NCBI RefSeq assembly: GCF_000143415.4
Contig: NW_003314284.1
Location: 1,970,880-2,034,879 of the forward strand
Direction: 5' to 3'
Origin: Selaginella moellendorffii
Lineage: Eukaryota; Plantae; Lycopodiophyta
Length of the DNA: 64,000 nucleotides
The notes under the pieces were generated by a model. It searched no databases. It was not told the DNA's origin and saw nothing but the letters and a program-made list of their open reading frames with translations. The translations under genes and the position numbers were made by a program. Below, one piece after another: positions 1 to 13,419 of the stretch; position 1 is the first letter of the stretch; each line of letters starts with the position of its first letter.

Positions 1-1667
1 GCATGATCACAGGCTTGTTAAGTGAGAGGACTTGGCAGTGGGGAGGAACTAGGTTCCTAAGCTGTGATCTATAGCGCGCTTTGAGTATAAGTTGGTGCAC
101 TGGCGTGGGGAGTCACGCCAGGCATCTTGGGTGATGCCGTCCATAGATGCATATACGGAGGTTGGGTTCGAGTCCCGACCCTCTAGTGCTTGGGTTCGAG
201 TCCCAAATCACTAGGGCGTGGTGATGGTTTGGAATATGAGGACACTCATATTTCGGTGGTCATGGACTCTCAGTGGGGAGATTGGTTTGGGCACACCGCC
301 AAGCGAGGGATGCCTCAGAGTCGTGATGCACGGTTAGATTGTTTAGTGTGATAGTTCAGCATATCTAACTTGAACGCTTTGGTGCAAGTGGCACCAAGGA
401 CGTGGTGAGTGAGATGGGGACACCTAATCTCAGTTGCTATGAACCCTTGGCCGTAAGGGCTGGCTTGGGTGCACCGCCAAGTGTGGGGGATGCCCTCGGG
501 GTTATGGTCAACAACTTGAAGGTCTAGAAGACCAAATACCTCTTGGCAACTCTGGTAAAGTGCCAAGATGAGATCACTAGGTGATCTTATGGCCAAATAA
601 AGACAAGGTCCTTGGTTGGCTAAGGAAGGAAGTTCCTGGTTCAAAATGTTGATTTGAACTATTTAAAATGGTGTGGCTTGGTCAAAGTGATCAAGTGGGA
701 AGAGCACCTAAGGGAAATAAGTTGTGTCCGTGCGATGGCATAGTGAGTCCGAGGAAAGTAGTCTCTATAAGAGACCCATGAGAGGGTCACGAAGTTGGGC
801 CGTGGATAGAGCCCATAGCAAAAGATGCTAAAGAGATGTACTAGGAGTGAACATCCTCTGGACTTGGCAATTGCTATGGAACCGAAGAGATACCTCAAAA
901 ATGGAGGTAGCGATCCTATGTTGCTGGGTGCAACAATCAAGGATAGGAGCAAAGGACTAGTGGCCAAGTTTGGGCCATAGAATTTAATGGAAGGGATCCA
1001 AATGGCAAAGTTAGCTAAGGAACACTAATGTGTTTGATGCTAACGGCTTGTGGGAAAGGAAGTGGACTTCCAAGGATGGATTCTTAAGTGCTCCAATTGG
1101 CGAAGTAAAAGCTCCAAGTAAAGGAGCGGTAAAATAGCCAAATGATAGGGCCGTGGACAGCTCTAGCACAAATTATAATAACCGGAACTTAGTGCCAAAG
1201 GTGGCACAAAATCGAAGAGAGGATGATGTTGCCCTTGAGTAGAGGACTTCCTAAGAGGGGGAAGTGGAGTTGCACAATATGTGCAATGCAAGGTGTCGGA
1301 GACACCCAGGAAATTGACTTCAACAAGTCAGAATTAAAAGTTCCAAAATGCAAGGGTTATATCGATGGAAAGTGAGACCACTCGAGAATGAGTAGTGGGA
1401 TTGAGTTAGAGAAGGTGTTTCTAACAGGTTTAGTGAAAACTAAACCAATAAAGGGAGAGAACCACCACAAGTGGTCGAATGAGCCTCTAAGTTAGAGGGG
1501 CTATGCTCCTTAGAGGATGGACAAGGCATGCTGAGCCTTTGGTGTCAAACCATAGACAAATATTGGCTAGGTGACAAGGATGGAAATGGTAACACGTGCG
1601 AATGTCACTTTATGAAAGGGTTTACCGTTCGATGAGGACATCGAACTTCATCTATGGGTGGTGGAGT
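1..1667 (+). mobile_element. 3' internal (non-coding) region of LTR retrotransposon family A, truncated by the window start
   Basis: Inverted homologues at ~7953-9625 and ~52464-54337. Ends in purine-rich GGGTGGTGGAGT (PPT-like) directly before the TGTGAG LTR start. No recognisable gag/pol. Confidence 0.75.
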
Positions 1668-3424
1668 TGTGAGACACAAAATCCCTAGGCCTCAAAGTGG
1701 AGCCGGAAAGGGTGCCACGTGGTAGTGGCCGAAGCAAAAGCCAAAGGAGCATAACACGTTTGGACTAAAAGCTCCGACTTGGAAGGTCGAGAGCGGGAGT
1801 GGAACTCCCAACAAAGGGCTCGAGGAGCAAGTACGAGGCAACCAATAAGCAAGGCTCCAAAAAGGGACCCAAAAAGGACCAACACATGACACGTGGAAGT
1901 GTCCGAGATAGAGTTCGAGATGGACCCGAAGTGGAGTCCGAGATGGCGTCCGAGAAGGACCCCGAGATGGAGTCCGAGATGGACCCGAGATGGAGTCCGA
2001 GATGGAGTCCGAGATGGACCCGAGATGGAGTCCGAGATGGAGTCCAAGATGGACCCGAGATGGACCCGAGATGGAGTTTGAGATGGAGTTCGAGATGGAC
2101 TCAAGATGGACCCGAGATGGACCTGAGATGGAGTCTGAGAAGGACCCGAGATGGAGTCTGAGGTGGAGTCTGAGATGGAGTCCGAGATGAACCCGAGATG
2201 GACCCGAGATGGAGTCCGAGATGGACCCGAGATGGAGTCCGAAGTCGAGACCGGGACCAAGACCAAGACCAGGACCGAGACCGAGACCGAGATTGGGACC
2301 GAGACCGAGACCGAGGCCGAGGCCGAGGCCGAGTCCGAGTCCGAGTCCGAATCCGAGTCCGAGTCCGAGTTCGAGTCCGAGTTTGAGGCCGAGTCCGAGT
2401 TCGAGCCTGAGAGGGTGAAAGCCCAAAGCGTTCGTCTCCCAGACCCTGAAGGGTTTGGTGAGCTCCAAAAGTATAGTAGGGGGAGGACTGCAGTGGAGCC
2501 AGTTTGGCCAGGAAAGGTCAGTTTGGCCAGGAAAGGCCAGTTTGGCCCAGGAAGGCCGGACCCAGTGTTGGGTGATGAGCTGCCCACTGGGAAGTCCAAG
2601 ACTAGAGTGAACACGGACCGACAAGCGGGGTAGCTTGTTGAAGTGTTCAAGAGCTGGCTCTAGTTCCCCCGGGAGATCGACTGGCCGATGCTCCCAGTCC
2701 AAGTGTGGGTGGCACTACCTACTTGGATACCTGGTGTGGCTCAACGGAACCTCGCTCTAAGCCCATGGCTAGAGCACCTAAAGGTGAAAGGCAGGGAGAG
2801 TACCCATGAGGCCTGCGTAGGGCCACGGTGTTCCGAAATGTTGTCCCAAAAGCCCAGACTGTGGAGAGGAGGAGGAGTAGTCCTCCGGTGTAGTGACCAA
2901 GGATACAGTCGAGTGGTGAGGAAGTCCCAGAGGACTGTGGGACTTAGTGGTCGGGCCTGTGGGCCTCGATCCAGTGGCAGTGTTGGCAAACACGGCCATG
3001 GGCAAAAAGGGACTTGGTGAAGACCGGAAAAGGGATATTAGGGAAGGCTATTCCCCATGTCTGTGGGCATCCTAAAGATGCTAAGGAGTGGATCTAGAAT
3101 GATCACTTATGGACGGATGGCCCAGCCCTTGAGAGATGGGGCTGTGATGCAGGTGGTGTTAGACTAGCGGTGTGACCAAGGTAAAGGGGCATGGCCTTAG
3201 CGTAATGGGCTGATATGTCGGTGGTACCTTGGGGTGTCGGTCAGGGGATTGGACACGTGGAGCACTTGGATCAAGTGCAAAGGTTGAGTGGCGGGGATGC
3301 CATTTTCGGGGCTAGCAAGCCCAAGTCTAAAATAGGACTTATGGAGGTTGTGAGTGAGACTCCTCCAAGTGGTTGGAGGTGTGGTTAAGTGACTAAAGTA
3401 GAATGGAAAATTTAGTCGCTTACA
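1668..3424 (+). mobile_element. LTR of family A (3' LTR, 1757 bp)
   Basis: Termini TGTGAGAC...GCTTACA. The same termini delimit a TSD-flanked solo copy at 11906-13376. Confidence 0.85.
1900..2405. repeat. Minisatellite inside LTR-A: GAGATGGAGTCC/GAGATGGACCC units, then 6-bp CCGAGA/CCGAGT units
   Basis: Directly visible. Shorter versions occur in the other LTR-A copies (~7590-7720, 10818-10943, 12110-12345, 51810-52200). Confidence 0.95.
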
Positions 3425-3646
3425 TAAACAAGCCATTCAACCAAACCATCTATCTGTGGATGATAAACACTCGTGAAAGTTTAATATATCCTTAGCCAAA
3501 ACATTAAAATGTGAAATGTTTCAATCATGAATGTAAGATCATTATCCAAAAGAATCCATTCCAAATAAGAATGTTGGATGAGAAAGTACCCAACAACAAT
3601 CACAAACACATTAGCAAAAGCATCAATTTTCATTTAACGAGCCAAG

Positions 3647-4377
3647 TGTAAGCAACTAAAGGGAACAATTTAAAAAACGATCCATAAAGGGAAAGGGCCC
3701 ATAAATAAAAGTTCACTTTTTTTTCCAATTGGTTAAAGGTTTTGAAATATTTAGGATTAAGCATCCTTGGGTTTGAATAGTACTGTGTTGGAAAGTGTAA
3801 ATTCAAGAGCTTACATTTGGTATCAGAAAAGTCTTGAGTCTAGCTTTGTTGATTGGCTAAAGAAATTACACCACAATTCTATTAATTGGCTAAAGGAATG
3901 GCAAGTTTAATTTGCTTTGACTTGGCTTGACTTGAGGGGTAGTGTGTCAAGAAAGTTATAGCCCTCAACTTGGCTAGGGGAATGGCAAGTCCAATTTGCT
4001 TTGACTAGGTTTGATTTAGGGGGTAGGGTGTTAAGAAAGTGAGAGTCTCATGAGAGTTGTGGCTTTTAACTTAGCTAGGGGAATGGTAAGTTAAATTTGC
4101 TCTAGTTGGGCTCGACCCAAGGGGTAGGATGTCAAGAGAGCTATGGCTCTCAGCTTCTATTCATGAGGGCGTGAATTTACATGAAAGCATGATAGATTAT
4201 AAACAACTAAAAAGGACAACTCATGAATTTAAATATAAAGGGAAAAGGCCCATGAACAAGAGTGCACCCCTTTTCCAATTAGTTAAAGGTTTTAGAATAT
4301 TTAGGGTTAAGTGTTTTTATGTTTGAATAGTACTGTGTTGGGTGACCTCTTGGGAATTCCAAATTCATGAGCTTACA
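3647..4377 (+). mobile_element. TRIM-like miniature LTR element (family C)
   Basis: LTRs 3647-3815 and 4198-4377 (TGTAAGC...GCTTACA, second start decayed to TATAAAC). tRNA-Met PBS TGGTATCAGA follows the 5' LTR. TSD CCAAG/CTAAG. Internal ~85-bp tandem repeats. Confidence 0.75.
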
Positions 4378-4699
4378 CTAAGAAGTCTGAAGTAATAATG
4401 ATATATTCATTACTAACAGTCAACTGTGGAAAAAGCCCATTATATCAAATGCCACCCACTCAAATGGATAGGAAACATGTCCTATCACTAGCTAATAAAA
4501 AAATATATACAACTTTTCAATCACATGTTAATATCCTATATTTCTATCTAGAATAAGAGAACTATAATAAGCATGGAAAAAACATGGAATAAATATAAAA
4601 GGCACCACTAACCGTAAATGATCATTAAAATCACTCCCCACAAAATAAAAATGTCATCCTCAAAGCAATATTCAGAATGTAAATTACTCTACATTTAAG

Positions 4700-5385
4700 G
4701 AATAAGTTGAGTAGGCTAAAGTAGATAAGAACCAATTGAGAGTATGTGAATACATTTATAGCCAAAAGGATTCTTATCATAGATATAGGTGCTATAGATG
4801 TGTTCTATACCTTAAAATCAAACTTGCAAACCTAGGCTCGAGGCGAGGTGATACGTTGAAATTTGACCAATTACAAGGAAGCATTGGATGTAACTATTAA
4901 GGTGCATTTTAATAATAACTTGTGAAAAGGGAACACAATGAGGTCGAGGTCCATGTTTAACAAAGGAGCCAAACCATGACAAAAAAAATTTTAGGAAAAG
5001 TTTCTTTAAGAATGAGCCTTCATGGTTCCAAAAAGTTAGACCCAATGGCTAATGAGCAAATACATGGGGGAGTTAGTTAAAAAAGAACAAATCCATTGAT
5101 AAGAAGACTAAGTCCATTAGTAGTGTGGGAAATAACACATGTTACAACTACAGTGAAGTGGAACACTTCTCGAGAGAATGTCTTTACCCGAAAAAGGCCA
5201 GAGTCAATATAACTATTATGTCAGGTGAAGTCAAAATTGAAGCACATAATCTAGTCTTTAGTGCAAAGTTACTCATCACAAGAGCAACTTTGACAGAAAG
5301 TCATTTGCAATATTTATTACTCCTCCCAAGGAAGCTCAAAGGTAACTTTATTAAAATCCTTATTAACACAGGTGATCTTTAGTTA
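4700..5385 (+). pseudogene. Degenerate Ty3/gypsy gag zinc knuckle and protease remnant
   Basis: CYNYSEVEHFSREC (decayed CCHC) followed by KILINTG (decayed LIDTG) in ORF 5125-5382. Left boundary approximate. Confidence 0.6.
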
Positions 5386-5487
5386 CAAGTTTACCTCCAT
5401 TCCTTCATTTAGTGGCCCAAAGTCCTAAAATTTGGATTCCGCTCTATTGTCCTTAGACATGTGGCATATTGCTATCGGGGGGTGGTT

Positions 5488-6236
5488 ATATATATATAGT
5501 AGGGATTATAGGTAAGTAAGTATAAGTGATTAATATTTCCATTCTACTTTAGTCACTCAACCACACCTTCGACCATTTAAATAAATCTCACTCACCACAT
5601 CCATAAATTCTATTCCAGACTTGGGGATTTACTAGCCCCGTAAATGGCATCTATGCCACTTAGCATTTGCACTTGGTCCAAGTGCTCCACATGTCTAATC
5701 CCATAATCGACACTCAAAGGTACTATTAACATATCAGCCTGTTATGTTAAAGCTATACTCATTCACCTTTATCACACTGGTGGTTTAACACCACTTGCAT
5801 CATAGAAAAGGAGTACTCCTCTTGTGTGGTAACCAAAGATACGGTCATATGGCAAGGAAGTCTCAAAGGTCAATAGGATGTAAGTTGGGCCTTCGAACCT
5901 TAACTTAGTGGCAATGTTAGCAAACACGGGTGTGGACAAAAAAGGATTTAATGAGGACTGAAAAAGAGACATTGGGGAAAGTTGTTCCCTATATCTACCC
6001 ATCTCTCAAAGACTAGGCCATCTATCCATAAGTGATCATCCTAGATCCACTCTTTAACATCCTTAAGATGCCTCCCCACCTTCCGCCCTTAAATGCCCTA
6101 ACCATGTGGCTAAAGTAAGGTTCTAATAAACCACACCAGTATCCAAGTAGATAATGCCATCTTGGGAGCATCAACCATTCAATCTCTTGTGGGAGTTGGG
6201 ATTCTATATATATATTAGGGATAATGGGTAAGTAGG
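5488..6236. repeat. Rearranged patchwork of LTR-A fragments
   Basis: 5488-5800 is duplicated at ~6205-6520. 5810-6020 is LTR-A sequence in the opposite orientation. Confidence 0.65.
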
Positions 6237-6562
6237 TATAAGTGATTAATTTTTCCATTCTACTTTAGTCACTCAACCACACCTCCGACTATTTGAAGGA
6301 GTCTCACTCACCACCTCCATAAATTCTATTCCAGACTTGGGAATTTACTAACCCCGTAAATAGCATTTATGCCACTTAGCATTTGCACTTGGTCCAAGTG
6401 CTCCACATGTCTAATCCCATAATCGACACTCAAAGGTACTATTAATATATCAGCCCGTTATGTTAAAGTTATGTTCATTCACCTTTATCACACTGATGGT
6501 TTAACATCACCTACATCATAGTCCCATCTCTCAAAGACTGGGCCATCCATCTATGAGTGATC

Positions 6563-9500
6563 TGTAAGAGACTAAATTTTTCCATTCTACTTTAGTCACT
6601 TAACCGCACCTCCGACCACTTAGAGGAGTCTCATTCACAACCTTCATAAGTCCCATTCAGGACTTGGGGCTTGCTAACCCCAAGAATGGCATCCATGCCA
6701 CTCAACTTTTGCACTTGGTCCAAGTGCTCCACGTGTCCAGTCCCATAATCAACACCCCAAGGTACCACCGACATATTAGCCCGTTACGCTAAGGCCATGC
6801 CCCTTTACCTTGGTCACACCGGTGGTCTAACACCACCTGCATCACAGTCCCATCTCTCAAGGACTGGGCCATCCGTCCATGAGTGATCATTCTAGATCCA
6901 CTCCTTAGCATCCTTAGGATGCCCACAGACATGGGGAATAACCTTCCCCAATATCCCTTTTCCGGTCTTCACCAAGTCCCTTTCTGCCCATGGCCATGTT
7001 CGCCAACATTGCCATTAGAGGCCCACAAGCCCGACCACTAAGTCCCATGGTCCTCTGGGACTTCCTCACCACTCGACTGTATCTTTGGTCACTACACTAG
7101 AGGACTACTCCTCTTCCTTTCCATAGTCTGGGCCTTTGGGACAACATTTCGGAACACCGTAGCCCTACATGGGCCTCATAGGTACTCTCCCCGCCTTCCG
7201 CCTTTGGGTGCTCTAGCCATGGGCTTAGAGCGAGGTTCCGTTGAGCCACACCAAGTATCCAAGTAGGTAGTGCCACCCACACTTGGACTGGGAGCATCGG
7301 TCAGTCGATCTCCCGGGGGAACTAGAGCCGGCTTTTGAACACTTCACCAAACTACCCTGCTTGTCGGTCCGTATTCACTCTAGTCTTGGACTTCCCAGTG
7401 GTCAGTTCTTCACCCAACACTGGGTATGGCTTTCCTGGGCCAAACTGGCCTTTCCTGGCCAAATTGGCTCCACTGGGCTCCAACCCCCACACTCTCCCTA
7501 CTATACTTTTGGAAACCCTCGCAGCCCCCCCCCCCCCCCCCCTGGGGGGATGATCGCTTTGGGCTTTCTCCCAACTGCCTGTATTAGTATTCGAACTCGG
7601 ACTCGGATTCTGTCTCGGTCCCGGTTTCAGACTTGGACTCGATCTCGATCTCGGTCTCGGTCTCGGTCTCGATTCCATCTCGGACTCCATCTCGGACTCC
7701 ATCTCAGACCCCATCTCGGACACTTCCACGTGTCATATGTTGGTCCTTTTTGGGTCCCTTTTTAGAGCCTTGCTTTGGTTGCCTCGTGCTCACTCTTCGA
7801 GCACTTTGTTGGGAGTTCCACTCCCACTCTCGACCTTCCAAGTCGGAGCTTTTAGTCCAAACGTGTTATGCTCGTTTGGCTTTCACTTCAGCCACTACCA
7901 TGTGGCGCCCTTTCCGGCCCCACTTTGGGGCCTAGGGATTTTGTGTCTCACAACCCACCACCTATATACGAAGTTCGATGTCCTTATCGAACGGTAAACC
8001 CTTTTATAAAGTAACATCCACATGTATTACTGTTTCCATCCTTGGCCCCCGACCAATATTTGTCTATGGTTTAACACCGAAGGCTCACCATGCCTTGTCC
8101 ATCCCCTAAGGAGCATAGTCTCTCCAACATAGAGACTCATTCGACCACTTGGGGTGGTTTGCTCCCTTTTATTGGTTTAGTTCTCATTAAACCCGTTAGA
8201 GACTCCCTCTTTAATTCAATTCCACTACTCATTCTTGAGTAATCTCAGATTCCATTGACATAACCTTGCACTTTGGAACTTTTAATTTTGACTTCTCAGA
8301 GTCAATTTCCTAGGTGTCTCCGACACCTTACGTTGCACATGGTGCAACTCCACTTCCCGTCCTAGGGAGTTCTTTATTTGAGGGCACCATCATGCTCTCT
8401 TCGATATCGTGCCACTCTTGGCACTAAGTTCCAGCTATCGTAATTCGTGCTAGGGTTGTCCATGGCCCTATCATTTGGCTACTTTACGACTCCATCCCTT
8501 GGAGCTTCCCCCTTCGCCAAATCGGAGCAATTGGGAACCTATCCTTGGAAACACATTGCTTTCCAATAATCTGTTAGCATCCAAGACATTAGTGTTCTTG
8601 GACTAACTTTGCCATTTGGCTTTTATCCCATGATTCCTATGGCCCTTTTCTTAGCCACTAATCTTTTGCTCCTATCCTTGATTATTGCACCATGCAACAT
8701 AGGATCGTCACCTCCATTCTCGAGGTATTCTTTCAATTCCATAGCAAAGACTTTGCTTTGCCAAGTCTAGAGGGTGTTCACCCCTAGTACGTCTCCTTAG
8801 CATTTTCTGCTATGGGCTCTATTATGGCCCAATTTTGAGACCCTCCGATGGATCTCTTATAGAGACTGCTTTCCTCGGACTTATTATGCCATCGCATTGA
8901 CAGCTCATTTCCCTTAGGTGTTCCTCCCACTTAGTCACCTTGACCAAGCCACACCATCATCAATAATTCCAATCAACACTTTGAACTTGGAACTTTATCC
9001 CTTAACCTCACAAGGACCTTGTCTTTGTTTTAGCCATAAGATCACCTAGTGATCTAACCTTAGCACCTTAACAGGTTTGCCAATACATATTAGGTCTTCC
9101 AGACCTTTAAGTTGTTCACCATGACCCTAGGGGCATCCCCCACACTTGGCAGTGCACCCAAGCCAGCCCTTTCAGCCAAGGGTCCATAGCAACTGAGACT
9201 AAGTGTCCCCATCTCATTCACCACGACCTTGGTGCCACTTGCACTAAAGTGTTCAAGTTAGATATGCTAAGCTTTCACACTAAGCAATTCAACCATGCAT
9301 CACGACTCTGAGGCATCCCTCGCTTGGCGGTGTGCCCAAACCAGTCTCCCCACTGAGAGCCCATGACCACCGAAATATGAGTGTCCTCATATTCCAAACC
9401 ATCACCACGCCCTAGTGAGTTGGGACTCGAACCCAAGCACTAGAGGGTCGGGACTCGAACCCAACCTCCGTATATGCATCTACGAACGGCATCACATAGG

Positions 9501-11175
9501 ATGCCTGGTGTGACTCCCCACGCCGATGCACCAACTTATACTTAAAGCGCGCTATAGATCATCGCTTAGGAACCTAGTTCCTCCGCACTGCCAAGTTTTC
9601 TCACTTGACCAGTCTGTGATCATGCATGGACTCCTCCATGCTTGGCCCCATGGGCCACCCTTTTGAAGTTGGCTCCTTCAACTAGGGTATTCGTTCCCCT
9701 GACTTGCCAATCTCACTTAGCAAGTCATCCGACCACTGTAACATGGTTCATGCATAAATGTGAAAGTCCTTAACTATTAACTTTCGTTCAAAGCCCTCTC
9801 TTTAAACACTCGGGAACTACTTTCCTAATCTTAATAGCCTCGCCTCTTGGCAAGCTTCAAGACCACGCTTCTGCTGCGCCACTCTAATTTCGCGTGCTCT
9901 ATAAACCATTTACACGTGGATGTCTAAGTATTTATCTACCTAGGGGAACGTTCAAGGAACTCTGTTCCTTAGCTTGCTAAGGTCTCTCCATTTGCAAGCT
10001 TTCCAATTACCATATAGCTTAACATGGACAATCCCATGCTTTAGACTCTCCATGGCATTCCGGTTGCTAGTAACAACATGCTTGAGCACCCATTTGATTC
10101 TCCACTCCCAACTTCCATAACCACCCTTGGTCATGCCTGTCAATTTCTATGGTTCGGTTCTATCCTTTTACTACTTGCCTTTTTGGCCCCATACATTTCC
10201 TTCGGTTATTCTCCTCCAGACTAGGAAGATAGCTTTGCGCTTTCTACCATGCCTTGGCAAGTATTCATAGGGATGAACCTACCCGACAGCTTAGGGAGTG
10301 GTTCCTCAATCCAGGTTTGCTCACCTCGTAATCCCACACACTGGGATTACCATTGCTACTTATGGGCTTTCATATGCCCATCACTAGCCTTGCCAAAATC
10401 CCCTTTTTGGCTTTGTCCAATTTGGGTAAATAGACTTCTCTCGTCTCCGCAACCTTGGACATTTGGATAGCACCCCTTATTCATCATTCACTAGGGACTT
10501 TGTCCCTTGGGCATTATCCATTGCCCTCATGCCACCAAACACCACCTTCTGGTGTTCTAGAGTGTTTGGGTGTCCCAATGATGGTCTCTTTGACAATGAG
10601 CATTCCCCTTTTCGACATTGACTTACTATATCGCAACATAAGCAATTTATCCCCCATAAGGGTATATCTAAATTCCTTATCCCAATAAGAAGTCTTAGGT
10701 AGTTGCCTTTTACCAGTTTAACGACTTATTTTGCACCTTTTGCTTAGTTGCCTCATAGTTGTCAAGTCTTACAACTCATTGCTGGTGCTTTCACACCTCC
10801 ATCATTATCTAGGTCACCATCTCGGGTCCATCTCGGACTCCATCTCAGGTCCATCTCGGACTCTATCTCGGACTCCATCTCGGACTCCATCTCGGGTCCA
10901 TCTCAGACCCCATCTCAGACCCCATCTCAGACCCCATCTCGGACACTTCCACGTGTCATGTGTTAGTCCTTTTTGGGTCCCTTTTTAGAGCCTTGCTTTG
11001 GTTGCCTCGAGCTCGCTCCTCAAGCACTTTGTTGGGAGTTCCACTCCTGCTCTCGACCTTCCAAGTCGGAGCTTTTAGTCCAAATGTGTTATGCTCGTTT
11101 GGCTTTCGCTTCGGCCACTACCATGTGGTGCCCTTTCCGGCTCCACTTTGGGGCCTAGGGATTTTGTGTCACACA
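6563..11175 (-). mobile_element. Internally deleted family-A LTR retrotransposon (3' LTR 6563-7952; internal 7953-10817; 5' LTR remnant 10818-11175)
   Basis: Terminal TG/CA, and TSD TGATC at 6558-6562 and 11176-11180. Confidence 0.85.
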
Positions 11176-11905
11176 TGATCATCCTAGATCCACTCCTTAA
11201 CATCTTTAGGATGCCTATAGATATGGGGAATAGCTTTCCCCAATGTCTCTTTTTCAGTCCTCATTAAATCCTTTTTTGTCCACACCCGTGTTTGCTAATA
11301 TTGCCACTAAGTTAAGGTTCGAAGGCCCAATTATTACATCCTTTTGACCTTTGATACTTCCTTGCCATATGACTGTATCTTTGGTCACCACACAAGATGA
11401 CTACTCCTCTTCCTTTCCTCAGTTTGGGACTTTGGGATAACATTTTGAAACACTACAACCCTACACAAGCCTTGTGGGTACTCTCCCCACCTTCCGCCCT
11501 TGAATGCCCTAGCCATATGGCTAAAGCAATGTTCCAATAAGCCATGCCAGTATCCAAGTAGGTAGTGCCACCTTAGGAACATCAACCATTCGATCTCTTG
11601 TGGAAGCTAAAGTCAACTTTTGAACATTTCACCAAGCCACCCCACTTGTATGTCCATATTCACTCTAACTTTGAACTCTTTAGTGGTTATATCATCACCC
11701 AATACATAGGTATAGCCTTCATGAGTTACACTAGCCTTTCCTAGCCAAATTAGTTCCACTAGAGTCCAACCTCACACTCTCCTTATTATACTTTTGGAAC
11801 CCCCTGTAGCCCCCATCTCCCCTTTGGAGGATGATTGCTTTGGGCCTTCACCTCGCAACCTATATTAGTATTCGGACTTGGATTCGGACTTGGATTCGGA
11901 CTCGA

Positions 11906-13376
11906 TGTGAGACACAAAATCCCTAGGCCCCAAAGTGGAGCTTGAAGGGTGCCACATGGTAGTGGCCAAAGCGAAAGCCAAACGAGCGTAACATGTTTGG
12001 ACCAAAGGCTCCGACTTGAAAAGTCGACAGTGAGAGTGGAACTCACAACGAAGTGCTCGAGGAACAAGCACAAAGTGAGCAATAAGTGAGTCTCTAGAAA
12101 AGGGACCCAAGATGGATCTGAGATAGAGTCCGAGATGGACCCGAGATGGAGTTCGAGATGGACCCAAGATGGACTCCGAGATGGACCCAAGATGGAGTCC
12201 AAAATGGACCTGAGATGGAGTCTGAGATAGAATTCGAGATAGAATCTAAGATGGACCCGGATGGAGTCCGAGATGGGGTCCAAGATTGGGACTGGGATCG
12301 AGTCCAAGTCCGAGTCCGAGTCTGAGTTTGAGTTTGAGTCCGAATACTATTACAGGCAATTGGGTGAAAGCCCAAAGCAATCATCCGCCCAGAAGGGGGG
12401 GGGGGGGCGCGCTGCGAGGGGTTCCAAAAGTATAGTAGAGAGAGTGTGGGGGGTTGAAGCCCAGTGGAGCCAATTTGGCCAAAAAAGGCCAGTTTGGCCA
12501 AGGAAGGCCATACCCAGTGTTGGGTGATGAACTGACCACTGGGAAGTCCAAGACTAGAGTGAATACAGACCAACAAGCAAAGTAGCTTAATGAAGTGTTC
12601 AAGAGCCGGCTCTAGTTCCCTCGGGAGATCGAATGGTCGATGCTCCCAGTCCAAATGTGGGTGGCACTACCTACTTGGATGCTTGGTGGGGCTCAACAAA
12701 ACCTTGCTCTAAACCCATGGCTAGAGCACCTAAAGGCAGAAGGCGGGGAGAGTACCCATAAGGCCCGTGTAGAGCCACAGTGTTCCGAAATGTTGTCCTA
12801 AAGTCCCAGATTGTGGAAAGGAAAAAGAATAGCCCTTTGGTGTGGTGACCAAGGACACAGTCACATGGTGAGGAAGTCTCAGAGGACTGTAGGACTTAGT
12901 GGTTGGGCCTGTAGGCCTGGATCCAGTGGCAGTGTTAGTGAACATAGCCATAGACAGAAAGGGACTTGGTGAAGACCGAAAAAGAGATTTTGGGGAAGGC
13001 TATTTCCCATATCTACGGGCATCTTAAGGATGCTAAGGAGTGGATCTGGGATGACCACTCATGGATGGATGGCCCAGTCTTGGAGAGACAGGATTGCAAT
13101 GCAGATGGTGTTAGACCACCGATATGACCAAGGTGAATGGGTATGGCCTAACATAACAGGCTGATATGTTGATAGTACCTTGGGGTGTCAATCATGGGAT
13201 CAAACACGTGGAGCACTTGGACCAAGTGCAAAGGTTGAGTGGCATGGATGCCATTTTCGGGGCAAGCAAGCCCTAAGTCCTGAATTGGACTTAAGGAGGT
13301 TATGAATGAGACTCTTTTAAGTGGTCAGAGGTATGGTTAAGTGACTAAAGTAGAATGGAAAAATTAATCGCTTACA
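11906..13376 (+). mobile_element. Solo LTR of family A
   Basis: TGTGAGAC...GCTTACA with perfect TSD CTCGA (11901-11905 / 13377-13381). Confidence 0.92.
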
Positions 13377-13419
13377 CTCGAACTCAAACTCAAACTTGAA
13401 CTCAGACTCAGACTTGGTC

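Noticed and set aside
86-215. tRNA gene or SINE
   Set aside because: B-box motifs are present, but I could not build a cloverleaf, a properly spaced A-box or a tail.
1685-2702. Long ORFs on both strands (321, 336, 160 aa) and equivalents in other LTR-A copies
   Set aside because: They are translations of the stop-poor minisatellite, and frames are not conserved between copies.
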